Shown: one piece after another, positions 29,529 to 44,447 of the stretch
How the letters are laid out: every line of letters begins with the position of its first letter
Numbering within the stretch: position 1 is the first letter of the stretch
From: Eledone cirrhosa
Taxonomy: Eukaryota
Reading direction: 5' to 3'
DNA: 64,000 nucleotides
Assembly (NCBI GenBank): GCA_964016885.1
Contig: OZ024749.1
Span: 34,038,001 to 34,102,000 of the forward strand
Notes under the pieces: generated by a model
What the model saw: only the letters and a program-made list of their open reading frames with translations
Database searches by the model: none
What the model was told of the DNA's origin: nothing
Program-made: the position numbers and the translations under genes

Positions 29529-30350
29529 AACTGAACAGCTTACTAATGAAATGAACGTGTAAATGGTCGAACATTCAATAGATAGGAATACCATTAAGCT
29601 AATCCTCGGGAATATTCAGCAAGAGTCAGAATATGATGAGGTTAGCCCTTGATTTGTAGGTACAGTCCATCTGATCGTTATTTTTGAGGAGATTCAGCAA
29701 GACACAGATTGAGACGAAGCTGGCCCTTCGATTGACAGATACAGTCCATCTGACGAACGTCCAAACAGTTTCCATCAACCCAATTTCACTCACTGGTCCT
29801 GAGTCAACTCGAGGATCGAACCATAGAGCTAATGAATGTGAAGCAAACCTCTTAATCATTTTGCCATACAGGGTCCACAGTAGTTAGTATGAAGTAAATG
29901 ACAGTTCCTATAGCTTCTGTATGCCATGATAAACTGTGTAAATGGATGAGGTTAACATAATAGTGTTCAGATTTTTATTGTTGTAAATTAGTTCAAGGGT
30001 AATAGAAATAAGCAATAAATACTTGTGTAGCAGTAGCATGGCCGTATATTAAGAAGTGAGATTCGCAATCATAAAGACCCAGTTTTAAACGTTCTGTGTG
30101 ACATCTCGTTTAACCGACTGATACCATAAAAATGAAATGAAATTTACCGCTCACACTTATGTAGCTTTATTTGGATTTCTACAGTATTACATTTCATAAG
30201 AGGTTTCTTTGTCGTGTTTATTAATACATGTGGAGAGAGGGAAGTTCTATAATAAATAACTATGAGAAATAAATCGGCTTTCTTAAGAACATAACGCACA
30301 GCGATGTCCAAGAATTGACCGAGGATCGTCAGTACTAGGTTACCTGTGGT

Positions 30351-30537
30351 CAGTGCCGGATTTAGGACAAATGAGGCCCTGTGCTAGTCAAGTTATGAGG
30401 CTCCTTTGAACGTTTGACATTTGAAAATCATTTGAAAAATTCATCGTAAAAATGTTGGTGGACAGGAAGATAGGCCTCTCTAGCCAACAGAGCTCTGTGC
30501 TTAATCACACCTAAGCACTATGGTAAATCCAGCACTG
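30351..30537. mobile_element. hAT-type MITE
   Basis: TIR cagtgccggattta / taaatccagcactg; 8-bp TSD cctgtggt at 30343-30350 and 30538-30545. Confidence 0.9.
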
Positions 30538-31227
30538 CCTGTGGTGACAGATTACGTCTACCGCCCACGTTTTCCAAGGATGTCATCTCGAAAGAACGTA
30601 TACGTTAGTTCTACATACAATGTTACCAACTTTCGGGAAGTATGAATAACGTTCTAGTACAGGTATACTGAACGTGCTTAATAAAATGTTTCCTCTCGTA
30701 CTGAAGTATTCAGCAGAAGAGAAATATTGTTAGTCTAAGCACAGGCATTTGTGATGGTGCAAGCATTTGGATAAATTCCTTGTTGATATTCTATAAAGTA
30801 GAGTTCTCTAGAAGGGATTGGTGTGATGAAGAATGTCAGAGACAGGTTTTGAAGATTTTTGTGTCGATTTGTTGTTTGTTTGTTTTGTTTGTTTTTTTTT
30901 CGTTTGTTTGTTTGGCTTTTTTTGTGTTTGTTTTTTTTTGGGGGGGGGGGATACTTTTAGATATCTTATGGAGTGCTGCAGTCTCGTTTTCCTCTCCATA
31001 GTATCGTGGAATATATTGTAGACTGACTATCAATCTCTCTCTTATATATATATATATATATATATATAGTAATAATAATAAATTTGAAGACTAAAATCCA
31101 AAGAGGGCTCGATAAGGATAAATATATATCAAATATATAAGAACCGTAGAGCAAATATTTATTAAAATAACAGATTAAAGTTTAAGCAAAGAATCGCTGC
31201 TTTCACCCTTAACGGGATCTTCTGAAA

Positions 31228-31277
<50 letters not shown>

Positions 31278-31455
31278 TGTGGATGCAGTAAAAATCAGTT
31301 AGGCCATTACTCACCAAAGTACTCGATACTTGGGATAGTGGAGTGGGTAGTGAGAACAAATTCTGGACCCCCAACGGCTGAGCTTGTGTCGTTTCAACAG
31401 CTAGATCGAGTTGGATCTAGCTGTTGACAGCTCAGCTGTCGGGGTCACGATTTCT

Positions 31456-31497
<42 letters not shown>

Positions 31498-31500
<3 letters not shown>

Positions 31501-31920
31501 GGAGGTGAGTTTTATTGTAGTACAATAAAGCAATGCAGATATCGGATAAGAAGCACTCTACAATTTGTAGGACTGGAGTATACATAATATATAAGATCAA
31601 AAGATGGTTAAATGAGTTCCATGTATTTTATTATGCGCATTTCAAAAACAAATATCATCATACAATAACATTTGTGTTTTCATCAGATAAAATAGGAAGA
31701 CATGATATGAAGGTTAAAAACACTTGTGGATAGTGCAGTTTTAAATCAACATATATGATATGTTGATTTAAAACTGCACTATCCACAAGTGTTTTTTTAA
31801 CCTTCATATCATGTCTTCCTATTTTATCTGATGAAAACACAAATGTTATTGTATGATGATATTTGTTTTTGAAATGCGCATAATAAAATACATGGAACTC
31901 ATTTAACCATCTTTTGATCT

Positions 31921-31925
<5 letters not shown>
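31498..31925. mobile_element. Family C head-to-head inverted pair, HHRs at 31626-31692 (-) and 31822-31888 (+)
   Basis: ttttat-CTGATGA-aaaca...tgtttt-GAAA-tgcgca-TA-ataaaa; near-perfect arms around 31754; (TA)n flanks. Confidence 0.85.
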
Positions 31926-31971
<46 letters not shown>

Positions 31972-32174
31972 AAACATGAGAAGAAAGAAGAATACTGCGT
32001 GGTTTGCACATGGGTTACATATGATAAAAATAGTCCTTCGTCGGTGATTTTCCAACCATCATTGGTATTTCATCGCATTAAAAATCAGATACCTCAGGTT
32101 GGTGCGAGCAATAACTAAAAAAGTTATTGGGACCAGTAATTCCTGTAAAGCTAGGGGGACAAGTAAACAACATC

Positions 32175-32217
<43 letters not shown>

Positions 32218-32730
32218 CCAATATGGGTTTGTTTTTATTGATTTATTATTTTAAATCGAGACAGGCAAACTATATTTATTTGAATTAGTTTATTTCATTC
32301 TAGCTAACTTCGTCTTTTACAATACAAACACTTATGTGTTTATCATATATTAATTTATATTAACTTGTATTTCACGGCTCAGAAATGCTTCTTTCTTTGA
32401 GCTAATTAATTGTAAAGGACTGTTTGAGTTTATAACTCTAAATATAATATAATATAATATATATATATATATAATTGGTACCAGCCTGAAAGCAGTCTAC
32501 GAATTGGAACCCGTAGAAGAATAAAGGAATAGTATGACAGAGAGAAGAGGGAATATGAGATGTATTTTTATATATTTGAATAATATACATATACATTTAT
32601 ATATGAATAGATATATATATATACGTACATACACACACATACATACATATGCGTGTATGTATGTATTTTTATATATTTGAATATACATATACATATGTAT
32701 ATGTATAGATGTATATATACAGACACACGT

Positions 32731-32788
<58 letters not shown>

Positions 32789-32904
32789 ACGTGTGTCTGT
32801 ATATATACATCTATACATATACATATGTATATGTATATATATATATATATATATAAATTAAAGTATAGAAATTGTTGTGAGCGTGAAGCCAACAGTATTT
32901 CATT

Positions 32905-33082
32905 ATTTGGCAGTTTCGGTAGAGAGTCGGACACCATGCTTTGAAGCATAGAGTTACGTCCCTTTATGATCTGAGTTCAAATCCCGCCGAGGTTAACTTT
33001 GCCTTTCATCCTTACGGGGTCGATAAAATAAAGTACCAGTAATGTAGTGGGTAATTGCTGGCCTTGTGCCTAAAATAGAAAC

Positions 33083-33086
<4 letters not shown>
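32905..33086 (+). mobile_element. SINE S1 copy
   Basis: Match to S1; ends in (TA)n. Confidence 0.85.
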
Positions 33087-33118
<32 letters not shown>

Positions 33119-33120
<2 letters not shown>

Positions 33121-33310
33121 CGGAGGAAATGTGGTAAGGAACCAGGTGGACCATAACGCACCAAAGTACTCAATACTTAGGGTAGTAGAGTGGGTAATAG
33201 GAACGAGTAGGACCCCGACGGCTGAGCTCAAGCCGTTTCGACGGCTAATTCTGGACCAGAATTAGCCGTCGAAACGGCTTGATCTCAGCCGTCGGGGTCC
33301 TACTCGTTCC

Positions 33311-33312
<2 letters not shown>
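33119..33312. mobile_element. Family A inverted pair (full arm on minus strand)
   Basis: Junction ctaattctggaccagaattag; (TA)n on both flanks. Confidence 0.9.
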
Positions 33313-33343
<31 letters not shown>

Positions 33344-33801
33344 CAGCTATGCATGGGGGTGGACTGGGTGAATGTACTCATTTAATATACATAAACAAGA
33401 AATATGAGAAAGAATGTCCAAATCACACATACATACGTACAAATGTAACAACAGGCTACAAACAGTGCTTAGTTTCAAATTAGTTTCTTAAATTCTTTCT
33501 TTCTCTTTACATATACACCATCTTCTGCAGTCTAAGCATTTTCTATTTCCGATGAAACTCTAATCTAATAGATTAAGCAGCAGCGTAGCCATGAGACTGA
33601 AATACAAAACCCACATATTCATTCACACATTCAAACACATAGATTCATCCGTTCAAACACAAACACATGTCAGTGCGCGCGCAGATACACATACACACAT
33701 TGACGCTCATCAGAGTATATACTAACCACACACGTCCTCTAAATTATGGATATATGGTGACTTCCAGTGTGTATATAAATACATCATTCTCTGGCTATAT
33801 C

Positions 33802-33868
<67 letters not shown>

Positions 33869-33983
33869 AGATAAGCAGAACAAGTAAAATTCAACCAATT
33901 TTTCAAAATAAATCAAAATTAATTTAAAATTAAAATTAATTAAAATTAAAAAATATAATATAAATATTTACCTACTCAGATGG

Positions 33984-34061
33984 CCCTTACTGTACAGTTT
34001 CACTTTGCAAAACATTAGATATCCTATGGATATTAATGGAAAAACAAAGATCATCAGAGAA
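33984..34061 (-). ncRNA. Hammerhead, family G (element ~33866-34098)
   Basis: Minus strand ttct-CTGATGA-t ctttg...caaag t-GAAA-ctgtacag-TA-aggg, with a GUA cleavage triplet. Confidence 0.8.
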
Positions 34062-34104
34062 GCATTTTCCTTTCCTAGGGTTAAAAACCTAGGAACGATA
34101 TATG

Positions 34105-34328
<224 letters not shown>

Positions 34329-34334
34329 CATATA

Positions 34335-35084
34335 TTGTTATACTTGGGGAGGGTCATATTTGCGTAATATTGCCAGAATTAATAACAGAACACACTCACT
34401 GTTTGGTTGGTTTTCGCTTCTCGCTGTCTTTTATATCTGCGATCTAACTTACTCGGTCCTCAATGTTGCCATTGACTGACCGACGGTCAAAAATAATACA
34501 GATACAATATAGACACAAACACATATATATAGTTTACATAATTTACATAAATCTTTCGTTGCACATCTGCAACATCGTCAGTGGTGTTATATTCTTTGTT
34601 CCTCCTGTTGTGTTGTATGTCTACGCCATTTTTTATCCAGTCTGTCTATATATTTATTTATTTATTTGCTTGTTTGTTTATTTTATTTTATTTTGTCTTC
34701 TTTGCGCATGCGTTTGCGTGTGTGTATAGTGTTATGTGTGCTGTGTGACTAGTGTGTATAGTGTTGTGTCTGCTGGGTGACTAGTGTGTGTTTATGTGCT
34801 TGTTGTTATTGTGCTTGTGTATGTATTTATTTATCTTATTTTATTTGATTTGATTTACTTATTTATACTTGTCTTAGGTCAGTGTTGTTTGTTTGGGTGT
34901 TGTTGTTCCACTCATTCTTTCTGTTTAGCTTTGGTCTTCTAATTTCTATTTCACTGGCCTCTCTGATTTGCCTATCTGCTGGGTCATTCTTATGTTTAGA
35001 TATTATTCTAATTTCTATGTTGTCTATGTTACCGTCATGTTGTTGTCTAGCATGTTCGTATAGTACTGACCCGTTTTTTCGTCC

Positions 35085-35115
<31 letters not shown>

Positions 35116-35342
35116 GTATATTTAAATTATTGATGTATTGTTTTATTGATATTTTTTATCTGTTTGTCCCGAATCTTCTATTATCGATTTTTTATCGTAT
35201 GGTTGATTGTAGACTTGTTCTATGTGTGACGGTATTTTAACGATAGTTATAGCTCTGATTCATCTGAATTATTGAGCCCTCTGCCGCTCATTTCGAATAT
35301 TGTTTATCGTGAACTCGTGCGCCGATTTTTCGATACTCGATC

Positions 35343-35348
<6 letters not shown>
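34335..35348 (-). mobile_element. ~1-kb 3' fragment of a probable Penelope-like element (family H)
   Basis: (TA)n on both sides; tail shared with 28624-28800, 19830-20000 and ~62995-63050; CTGACGA-t gttgc agatgt gcaac-GAAA at 34554-34581 (-); possible ORF end at 35269-35348. Confidence 0.5.
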
Positions 35349-35964
<616 letters not shown>

Positions 35965-36089
35965 GTGAATATAGACATAGAATATTCGAAAATATTCTGT
36001 ATGTTTATAATAAACATTTTGAAGACCTAATCGCTATAGAATAGAATACGTCACGTATTACAATTAGATTCTCGATAAAAGCAAGGGAA

Positions 36090-36132
36090 GTAATCTACGC
36101 GTTTCATTCTTGTTAGAAATCATCAGGACTAC
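36090..36132 (-). ncRNA. Type I hammerhead in the 310-bp unit (also 36400-36442, 36710-36752, 37020-37062, 37330-37372)
   Basis: gtagtc-CTGATGA-t ttct aaca agaa t-GAAA-cgcg-TA-gattac; 6-bp stem I, palindromic ACGCGT stem III, GUA cleavage site. Confidence 0.85.
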
Positions 36133-37624
36133 ATATCCAGTGCTTTTATCGAGAATGACACAGCTAGAGACTTATAGAATACTTAGCTGTGTACAGGAAC
36201 TGGTTTGAAAGAGCGGTTGCCGGTCCGGCAGAAATTAGAAATTGGAATAAATGCTCTGAAATAGCGATATATATGTGAATATAGACATAGAATATTCGAA
36301 AATATTCTGTATGTTTATAATAAACATTTTGAAGACCTAATCGCTATAGAATAGAATACGTCACGTATTACAATTAGATTCTCGATAAAAGCAAGGGAAG
36401 TAATCTACGCGTTTCATTCTTGTTAGAAATCATCAGGACTACATATCCAGTGCTTTTATCGAGAATGACACAGCTAGAGACTTATAGAATACTTAGCTGT
36501 GTACAGGAACTGGTTTGAAAGAGCGGTTGCCGGTCCGGCAGAAATTAGAAATTGGAATAAATGCTCTGAAATAGCGATATATATGTGAATATAGACATAG
36601 AATATTCGAAAATATTCTGTATGTTTATAATAAACATTTTGAAGACCTAATCGCTATAGAATAGAATACGTCACGTATTACAATTAGATTCTCGATAAAA
36701 GCAAGGGAAGTAATCTACGCGTTTCATTCTTGTTAGAAATCATCAGGACTACATATCCAGTGCTTTTATCGAGAATGACACAGCTAGAGACTTATAGAAT
36801 ACTTAGCTGTGTACAGGAACTGGTTTGAAAGAGCGGTTGCCGGTCCGGCAGAAATTAGAAATTGGAATAAATGCTCTGAAATAGCGATATATATGTGAAT
36901 ATAGACATAGAATATTCGAAAATATTCTGTATGTTTATAATAAACATTTTGAAGACCTAATCGCTATAGAATAGAATACGTCACGTATTACAATTAGATT
37001 CTCGATAAAAGCAAGGGAAGTAATCTACGCGTTTCATTCTTGTTAGAAATCATCAGGACTACATATCCAGTGCTTTTATCGAGAATGACACAGCTAGAGA
37101 CTTATAGAATACTTAGCTGTGTACAGGAACTGGTTTGAAAGAGCGGTTGCCGGTCCGGCAGAAATTAGAAATTGGAATAAATGCTCTGAAATAGCGATAT
37201 ATATGTGAATATAGACATAGAATATTCGAAAATATTCTGTATGTTTATAATAAACATTTTGAAGACCTAATCGCTATAGAATAGAATACGTCACGTATTA
37301 CAATTAGATTCTCGATAAAAGCAAGGGAAGTAATCTACGCGTTTCATTCTTGTTAGAAATCATCAGGACTACATATCCAGTGCTTGTAATACGTGACGTA
37401 TTCTATTCTATAGCGATTAGGTCTTCAAAATGTTTATTATAAACATACAGAATATTTTCGAATATTCTATGTCTATATTCACATATATATCGCTATTTCA
37501 GAGCATTTATTCCAATTTCTAATTTCTGCCGGACCGGCAACCGCTCTTTCAAACCAGTTCCTGTACACAGCTAAGTATTCTATAAGTCTCTAGCTGTGTC
37601 ATTCTCGATAAAAGCACTGGATAT

Positions 37625-37667
37625 GTAGTCCTGATGATTTCTAACAAGAATGAAACGCGTAGATTAC
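37625..37667 (+). ncRNA. Same hammerhead in the inverted arm
   Basis: gtagtcctgatgatttctaacaagaatgaaacgcgtagattac read directly on the + strand. Confidence 0.85.
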
Positions 37668-37826
37668 TTCCCTTGCTTTTATCGAGAATCTAATTGTAAT
37701 ACGTGACGTATTCTATTCTATAGCGATTAGGTCTTCAAAATGTTTATTATAAACATACAGAATATTTTCGAATATTCTATGTCTATATTCACATATATAT
37801 CGCTATTTCAGAGCATTTATTCCAAT

Positions 37827-38620
<794 letters not shown>

Positions 38621-38841
38621 AGTAATAATAATAACTGCGCGAAATTCGCACTTGGCAGTAGCGTTCAACGGGAGCTCCATTCTCAACGGCTGCCAAGCCA
38701 AGATTGATCATCCCAGCGAAGCGCGCGCATGCTTGTTTGGGAGTGAAGGAAGCACCAATCGCAACAGTGTTGCCAACAGCCGTACGAACAGTTTCTCTGC
38801 GTTCCCATCGCTTTGGAGACCTTACTTTTTTGATTACCCTC

Positions 38842-38895
<54 letters not shown>

Positions 38896-38912
38896 CAATT
38901 TCTATACTTTAA

Positions 38913-39004
<92 letters not shown>

Positions 39005-39462
39005 CGTGTGCGTGTGCGTGTGAGTGTGTGTGTGTGTGGAGTGCCTTTGTTTCTGATTATGTTCAAGCCAATCCAGACACGCACATCTACGTAGTTGGAT
39101 AAAGATGCAACTTTGTTTAAATAAATAACAAAATATTCTGTCATACGTAATTGAAATCAACAATGAATGACAAAGCATAATGAATATCATTAACTCCCAT
39201 AAAGAAGAGCTCTCTGATAAACAACATTCTTCATTTTACTACATTATTGTATGATGTTTCTAGCTATATCAAAAATATCTATTTTTCTTACAAAAGGTAT
39301 AACCTATCAACAGATAATGAACAGAAAATCATTATGATACAGAAGACTATTCTTATAAACAACATTCTCGTTATTATTTTTGGTTTATTTGCTTACAATT
39401 TTCTGGCTTTTGAAATTATATGAAAGATATATATATATTCTGACAAAAGGTAAACATAGGAC

Positions 39463-39574
39463 AGAGATAATGAACAATTCTACAGAAGAAAGAGACAATG
39501 AACAATTCTACGGAAGAAAGAGACAATGAACAATTCTACGGAAGAAAGAGATAATGAACAATTCTACGGAAGAA
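39463..39574. repeat. 4 x 28-bp tandem repeat agagayaatgaacaattctacrgaagaa
   Basis: Four consecutive near-identical units. Confidence 0.9.
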
Positions 39575-39979
39575 CATTTTTCTCACAAAAGTTAAACATG
39601 ATAAAATGTAACAATGATAATAGATAACTAAATATTCTACGGAAGGCCATTAGGGAAAACAACATTCTTGTTTTGTTTTGGGGGGTTTTGTTGTTGTTGT
39701 TGTTTTCTGTTTTATCTACGCTTGTTGGTAGAGGAAAATGAATGTGTAAACGTATCGGGCGTTAGTCCTTCTTCAGGAAAGAGCAAAGTTTGGAGAAAGG
39801 TGAGGTTGGAAAAAGAAAACTTCATTGGGATGTGAAGTGGGCAGTCAAGTCGATGTATATATATAGGAGAAAGTATGACCCCCGACGGCAGAGCTCAAGC
39901 CGTACTCACTCTACTACCCTAAGTATTGAGTACTCTGGTGCGTTATGGTCCATCTGGTTCCTTACCACAACTCCTCCGC

Positions 39980-40010
<31 letters not shown>

Positions 40011-40585
40011 TTGTGTGTGTGTGTTTGTGTGTGTATGTATGTACTTGTATGTGTATATATATATATACATATAGACTACATTTGTATATATGTGTGTGCG
40101 TATGTGTGTATGCATATGTGTATATATGCGTGTGTGCTTATGTGTATGCGTAACTGTGTGTGTGAGTCTTTATATCAGGTCTCTGTCTTCCGCCACTCTC
40201 TCTCTCTCCCCCTCTCTTTATTGTTCATACCAATTGCATAATGAACTCATCTTACACCAAAATACTTCTGTCATGCTTCACTAACTATTGCTCACAATTA
40301 GTATTCAGACATAATTTGTTGTTAGCATTTCAGCTCTGCAGACTTCCCTCACGTAATCAAACTCCTTAACAGCCTTACCTGTATCTTAGACTTGTTACCG
40401 CTAACCCCTCACCTTCTTTCACATACACAAAAAATATAATTATTATTTTCTAATTAACGGTAAAACTAATACAACCTGATTCAGTATTTAGGAGTATAAG
40501 AAGCCATATACAATATACTTTGTCTGTAATAAACACACATTTAGTTAGACTAAGATCATATTACAGCCACACCACACCAAAAAGG

Positions 40586-40795
40586 TGGTGGATTGGCAGT
40601 ATCGGTAGAACGTCGGACGCCATGCTTCACAGCATAGAGTTACATCCCTTTACGTTCTGCGTTTAAATCTTGCCGAGGTTAGCTTTGCCTTTCATTCTTA
40701 CGGGATCGATAAAATAAAGTACCAATAAGCACTGGGATCGATTTAATCGACTCTCCCCTCCCTAAAATTGCTGGCCTTGTGCCTATATAAGAAAA
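40586..40795 (+). mobile_element. SINE S1, long variant
   Basis: Carries an extra segment gggatcgatttaatcgactctcccctccctaaa before the tail. Confidence 0.85.
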
Positions 40796-42027
40796 CCTGA
40801 TGTAAAATCTCCGTATTTTGCCTCATTTCTCCCCGTTTTGGGGCCCTTTTTTCATGGCACTCTCCGTTTCGGTTTTTAGAGTTTGGCAGGTCTGTCAATT
40901 TGTATTTTTTTCCACATTTTGAAATATAGTTTTACTCTTTGGCAGTGCACCAAATTATGTGTTGTGTTCCGGCACACAGTTCAGGCACCGCTGTAGACTG
41001 TACCCGTTCGTGGCTAGCCTAGGGTTGAACAACAATAACAACAACAACAGCAACAACAAAGCCGAAAAGGCGGAAATCAAAGATTACCTCGTCGGCATTA
41101 AAACTCGAAAAGATGATAATGAAGATTTTGTTTGTTAAAGAATGTAGCTGATAAAGAAGGCAACCAACCGTTGGTATTTGCTTACCTATTAACTGATTCT
41201 TTTTTTCACTATTACCTGTCTTAATGTAGGTCTGCAGGTGTGCAGGTGTTGTTTTAGGTAAAAGTACTATAGAAGTAATGAGCGGACAGAGATAAATCTG
41301 GTAAATGAAAAACATAGAAATAGAGGGGGGTGAAGGAAGTGAAAGGAAATGAAAGAAGTAGGGGTGTGAGGCAGATGGTGGGAAGGAAAGAGATGGTAGA
41401 GGGAGGGAGAGAGGGGGAGGGTGTGAGAGTGGGAGACAGAAAATGAAGAGGAAGGAGAGAGAGAGAAAGGGGAGAGAGTTAGAAGGAGAGACGCCATGAG
41501 TGAGAGAGGGGGAAGAGGGGTGAGCTAGATAGAGAGAGAGATACTACATATATAAGAACGAAAGGAAGAAAGAATGAGAAAAAAAAAGAAAGAATGTCTA
41601 CATACACACGCACACATGTATATCATGACTCATACACATTCATTTTTCATTTTCCTGATATTTGTACATTATTCTATGTACTATACATGCACCTTTGATG
41701 AATTGTAGTGCACCTGAGCACTGTACACAATTTCATTATTATTATTTTATTATTATTATTACATGTGTATATCTGTATGTGTGTATATCTACATGTCTGT
41801 ACGTGTGTTTGTAGAATGCTCTGCCACTTCAAAGTTCGTTTATTAGGACGGATTTCGGTTGGTCTAAAACCATTAAATAGATTCACTATGCGTATTATTA
41901 TTACTTTTATTTTGATCATGCCTTTATTTTTAATTTCATTTGCACCGTTTCCTCTCACGCCCCTTTTGCTATATGTCTCTCCACCACTCTCCTACACACC
42001 CTTTGAACTCTCTTCCCACACACTTTT

Positions 42028-42060
42028 CACCTGAAGAAGGGCTTATGCCCGAAACGTCGT
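42028..42060 (+). ncRNA. Minimal hammerhead, family D
   Basis: cac-CTGAAGA-a gggc ttat gccc-GAAA-cgTC-gt; downstream tail with aataaa ends in (TA)n and recurs reversed at ~20282-20360. Confidence 0.75.
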
Positions 42061-42262
42061 TCCCCACCACCACCCCACTCTCAAGAGCGTGAAATTAATA
42101 AACATTCGTTGTACTGCCTCTCTGTTTTGTTCCTGTTCAATTTTTCATTATATATATATATTGGGTCAAGTAAGAAATTTGTAGGAATTTGTAAAAATAA
42201 AACAAATTTCTACAAATTTCATGCTTGACGACCCAATATATGTATGTATATATTACACACAC

Positions 42263-42385
<123 letters not shown>

Positions 42386-42964
42386 ATATGTTTTTATAAT
42401 TTGGAAATAATTGACATATCCCTGAGGAAAGAAATATCAAGATAAAAGCCTTTTAACTGAGATGTGATGTCTTCTCCTATGGGAAATCATAATACTTCAA
42501 TGGATGTATTATCTTTGTCTTTAGTTTCTTAAATGGACATTTTATCAGGTTTTTGTCTGGAAATTATTTCAAAGAAATATAGGGAAAAAAAGCCGAATTT
42601 CAAACATAGAGCCGTTCACCTTATTTTAAAATATTTTTATTTCCCGTGAGTCCGCCATCACAACACTGTTGATTTTGTTCGTTTGATAAAGAACGTAAAA
42701 GCTGGTTGTATACTTTTTAAGGTTAGTTTCTCATATTTGTAAATATAGAAGTTATAAAGTGCAACATTAAATCAACATTTGTTAACTAGATTTAGGTGTT
42801 TAAAATAAAATATACAAAGTGAATCATTTGATGAAACAACAGCTGGAGGATTCATCGTTGAAACCGACAGAGAACCATTTCTTCTTTGGTATCCTAGTGT
42901 ATATGCGTGACCATATGGGATTATATATGCATAGTGTGTACAATTATTTCTCTTTCTCTCTTTC

Positions 42965-43012
<48 letters not shown>

Positions 43013-43094
43013 GTTATTCCGGGTTGAATCGGAGGTAACCACAGTAAGTAAGGTACTCAATACATTGCAGAGTATAAAATGTTTAATATAGATG

Positions 43095-43145
43095 AGATTC
43101 TACAGGACTAGAACTGTTTCATTCTTTAGAAATCATCAGGAATCT
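43095..43145 (-). ncRNA. Type I hammerhead related to the array ribozyme, inside a (TA)n-flanked element (~43008-43471)
   Basis: agattc-CTGATGA-t ttct aa agaa t-GAAA-cag ttctagtc ctg-TA-gaatct; perfect 6-bp stem I; decayed copy at ~50890-50940. Confidence 0.85.
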
Positions 43146-43469
43146 GGGTATCAAAAAATAAGTATGGTATTTATAGGTCTCTACAAGTGGTAGGAGAGGG
43201 TGGGGAGTGGGATGGGTGTAGGTCATTGGTTGATAGAAAAGGGAATTCATTAAAAGCTAATTCTACAAAGCTATAGTTTATTTTTGTTTTGAGAGTAACA
43301 AAGGCAGACAGAATTCTATAAACAGGTTCAGGATGGCCTGCCATTCCTTGTTATTAAGTTTCTCTTAAGCTAACAGGTGTCTATAAGATCAGTGGGGGGT
43401 CAGTCATGGTAGATAGATTTAAAGGAAAGGGAGATTCTTTAAAAGCTAAATTCATTAAGGTTCTACTAA

Positions 43470-43537
<68 letters not shown>

Positions 43538-43584
43538 AATGAAAAGTATAGAAATTATTATGAGCAAGAGGCACACAGTATTTC

Positions 43585-43629
<45 letters not shown>

Positions 43630-43698
43630 ACCAAAATTATATTAATAATGTCATGTCTGAGAATATCAGAATATATATATATATCATCCAACTTTTGA

Positions 43699-43736
<38 letters not shown>

Positions 43737-43888
43737 AATTATATAATGCAAGGCAATAATAGACAAAAAATATACCCATATTTTCTTCAAAGTCTCGACT
43801 ACAGTTTCACTGACTGGTCTGCAGCAATCATGCATCATATATGTATATATATGTGTGTATATGTATGTTTATATATATACATATGTGC

Positions 43889-43956
<68 letters not shown>

Positions 43957-43971
43957 TCATACATACACACA

Positions 43972-44031
<60 letters not shown>

Positions 44032-44060
44032 TATAGATATATATACATTCATACATACAC

Positions 44061-44100
<40 letters not shown>

Positions 44101-44220
44101 AGAATGAATAATAACAGGTAGACATCATAAAAAGGTAATTTATTCCGTGTGCTTACAAATGTTTCCATGGTGGTACTACAGTAGTAAATAACCATTACTA
44201 CATCTTGGGTAATCCTATAC

Positions 44221-44255
<35 letters not shown>

Positions 44256-44260
<5 letters not shown>

Positions 44261-44447
44261 AACGAGTATGACCCCGACGGCTGAGCTCAAGCCGTTTCGA
44301 CGGCTAATTCTGGACAGAATTAGCCGTCGAAACCGCTTGAGCTCAGCCATCGGGGTCCTACTCGTTCCTATTACCCACTCTACTTCCCTAAGTATTGAGT
44401 ACTTTGGTGCGTTATGGTCCACCTGGTTCCTTACCACATTCCCTTCG

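Larger units (their letters stand above)
35965..37826. mobile_element. 310-bp HHR-bearing tandem array (retrozyme or PLE pLTR array), about 4.6 direct units plus 1.4 inverted units
   Basis: Units start at 35965, 36275, 36585, 36895 and 37205 (partial to 37385); inverted arm 37384-37826; units look identical by eye; embedded in (TA)n. Confidence 0.9.

Noticed and set aside
29626-29887. PLE RT-like peptide (DGLYLQIKG) on the minus strand
   Set aside because: A stop follows immediately and the region aligns better as SINE debris with a short duplicated segment.
32050-33605. Further HHR-like remnants (~32060-32100, ~33545-33605; also ~8170, ~39750, ~43800 and ~44160)
   Set aside because: Core nucleotides or stems are broken; they are probably decayed members but cannot be supported individually.
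35965-37385. CRISPR-like array
   Set aside because: Units are identical over their full 310 bp with no unique spacers, there are no cas genes, and the context is eukaryotic.
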